From: Halarcobacter sp.
GTDB lineage: Bacteria > Campylobacterota > Campylobacteria > Campylobacterales > Arcobacteraceae
Assembly (NCBI GenBank): GCA_048571215.1
Contig: CP182352.1
Location: 1,664,001-1,728,000 of the forward strand
Length of the DNA stretch: 64,000 nt
Direction: 5' to 3'
The notes under the pieces: generated by a model
Databases searched by the model: none
Told to the model about the DNA's origin: nothing
What the model saw: the letters and a program-made list of their open reading frames with translations, nothing else
In this document: piece after piece, positions 62,193 to 64,000 of the stretch
Position numbering within the stretch: the first letter of the stretch is position 1
How the letters are laid out: each line of letters starts with the position of its first letter
Position numbers and translations under genes: made by a program

Positions 62193-63191
62193 TTATGCTT
62201 TAAGTTGCTCTAGCTTTCTTCTTAAAGCAGAGGCAACGTTCTCAGGAAGTGTATTTTCAATTGGGAAACCTAAAGAATCTAATTTCTCAGCGATTTCATC
62301 AAACGATTTTTTTCCTAAGTTCTTAATGTTTTTAACTTCAACTTCACTCATAAGTACTAATTCACCAAGGAACTTAAGTCCAGCTCTATCTAAAGAGTTG
62401 AAACTTCTAGCACTTAAGTTTAAATCATCAATTTTTACAACTAAATCTTTTAATTCAACTGGTTCTTCACCTGCATCATTAACTGTTACTTCTGATAAAT
62501 CAAAAACTTTGTTAAATACTGACATTTGAGAATACATAACAGATACTGCTTCTTTAAAAGCAGTAATTGGAGTAATTTGTCCATTTGTTTGTACTGTAAA
62601 TACAGCTTTTTCATAGTTAGGATTATCTTCAACTAACATTTTTTCAATATCATATACTACTTTTTTTACAGGAGTAAAGAAAGCATCTAATGGAATATAA
62701 TCTGAACCAACAATATCTCTAATATCTTCAGAAGGCATATATCCAATACCTCTTTGAATGATAACTGAGAAAGTTAAGTTACAGTCACTATTAATAGTTG
62801 CTAAGTGTACTTCAGGAGAAACCACTTCAACATCAGAGTTGATTAAGTCTTCACCTTTTATCTCTTTTGGTCCATCAAAAGAGTATTCAACAACTACTTG
62901 GTCTTCATCACCATTAATTTTGAATTTAATATTCTTAAGATTAATTATAAAAATAGCTATATCTTCAAGCATTCCTCTTAATGAATCAAACTCATGCGAA
63001 GCTCCTTCTATTTTAACTGCAATTGGAGCGTATCCAACTGAAGAACTTAAAAGAAGTCTTCTTAGAGGGTGTGCTAAAGTTATTGCAAAACCACTTTCAA
63101 ATGGATATGCTGATATTTTAGCTTCATTATCACTGATAGCTTCTATCTCAACCTCTGTTGGTAAAAACGGTGTATCTGCAAATTTTTTCAT
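62193..63191 (-). CDS. rpoA: RNA polymerase alpha subunit
   Basis: PFESGFAITLAHPLRRLLLSS, LSARSFNSL, NLGKKS. Confidence 0.97.
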   Translation of the reverse strand: MKKFADTPFLPTEVEIEAISDNEAKISAYPFESGFAITLAHPLRRLLLSSSVGYAPIAVKIEGASHEFDSLRGMLEDIAIFIINLKNIKFKINGDEDQVVVEYSFDGPKEIKGEDLINSDVEVVSPEVHLATINSDCNLTFSVIIQRGIGYMPSEDIRDIVGSDYIPLDAFFTPVKKVVYDIEKMLVEDNPNYEKAVFTVQTNGQITPITAFKEAVSVMYSQMSVFNKVFDLSEVTVNDAGEEPVELKDLVVKIDDLNLSARSFNSLDRAGLKFLGELVLMSEVEVKNIKNLGKKSFDEIAEKLDSLGFPIENTLPENVASALRRKLEQLKA

Positions 63192-63206
63192 AGCCTACCT
63201 TATTTA

Positions 63207-63833
63207 TTATTTAGAATATAACTCTACAATTAATCTTTCTTCCACTGGAATAACAACTTCTTCTCTTGTTGGGATTCTTGTAAAAATTCCAAATACTTTT
63301 TCTTTTTCTACATCTACCCAATCAACAATACCAGTTTGGTTTGTTAATTCTAATGCTCTAACTACTTGTGGATTAGATTTAGATTTTTCTTTAATCTCAA
63401 TTTTTTGTCCTGGTTTTACGATGAAAGAAGGAATATCTACTTTTTTACCATCTACTAAAACATGTCCATGAGTTGTAAATTGTCTAGCATTTGCTCTAGT
63501 TGTAGCAAATCCCATTCTATAAACAACATTATCTAATCTTTGTTCAATTAAAGTAATAAGGTTAGCCCCTGTGTTACCTTCTCTTCTTGCAGCTTCTTTA
63601 AAGTATTTTCTAAATTGTTTTTCAGAAACACCGTATAAGAATTTAGCTTTTTGTTTTTCTCTTAATTGTAATCCATACTCAGAGATTTTAGTTCTTCTTT
63701 GTCCATGTTGTCCTGGAGCAAATGGTCTTTTCTCTAATGCAGATTTTCCGTTAAGTCTTCTCTCACCTTTTAATCCAAGGTCTGCATCAAGTCTTCTTTC
63801 GATTTTTTCTACTGGTCCTCTATATCTTGCCAT
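63207..63833 (-). CDS. rpsD: 30S ribosomal protein S4
   Basis: [31 protein letters not shown]. Confidence 0.97.
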   Translation of the reverse strand: MARYRGPVEKIERRLDADLGLKGERRLNGKSALEKRPFAPGQHGQRRTKISEYGLQLREKQKAKFLYGVSEKQFRKYFKEAARREGNTGANLITLIEQRLDNVVYRMGFATTRANARQFTTHGHVLVDGKKVDIPSFIVKPGQKIEIKEKSKSNPQVVRALELTNQTGIVDWVDVEKEKVFGIFTRIPTREEVVIPVEERLIVELYSK

Positions 63834-63842
63834 AACTACTCC

Positions 63843-64000
63843 TTACACTCTTCTTCTTTTAGGAGGTCTACAACCGTTATGTGGTAATGGTGTAACATCT
63901 TTAAACCATTTTACTGTAATACCTTCAATAGCTCCAACAGATTTAACTGCTGTATCTCTACCTGAACCTGGACCTTGGATTTTAATACCAACGTTTTTAA
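63843..64000 (-). CDS. rpsK: 30S ribosomal protein S11 (3' part)
   Basis: [10 protein letters not shown]...[18 protein letters not shown]. Confidence 0.95.
   Translation of the reverse strand, partial: KNVGIKIQGPGSGRDTAVKSVGAIEGITVKWFKDVTPLPHNGCRPPKRRRV

Noticed and set aside
62164..63471. Plus-strand ORFs opposite rpoA/rpsD, and similar shadow ORFs opposite guaB, the helicase and others
   Set aside because: Antisense to well-supported genes, with no recognisable motifs.

Overview
AT-rich chromosome window, probably Campylobacterota/Arcobacteraceae (inferred from protein style and gene order). About 1-28 kb is housekeeping and accessory genes (mtaB, MscS, aroB, SlyD paralogues, flavodoxin, a PhnD-like protein plus sensor kinase, helicases) with one intact IS256. 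About 58.8-64 kb is core (guaB, gatA, rplQ, rpoA, rpsD, rpsK). In between (about 28-58.5 kb) is an island of almost entirely minus-strand, cassette-like genes that reads as a segmented integron with no integrase in the window. It holds five attI-like simple sites, several intact or truncated attC sites whose cores match the preceding crossover site, and seven short ORFs resembling only the first codons of an integron integrase. Nine co-oriented copies of a structured non-coding repeat with compensatory base changes sit at module borders. An IS110 has inserted into one repeat copy, and its non-coding end carries guide-like segments matching both the repeat target and its own donor junction (bridge RNA). 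All calls are by eye; no searches were run.
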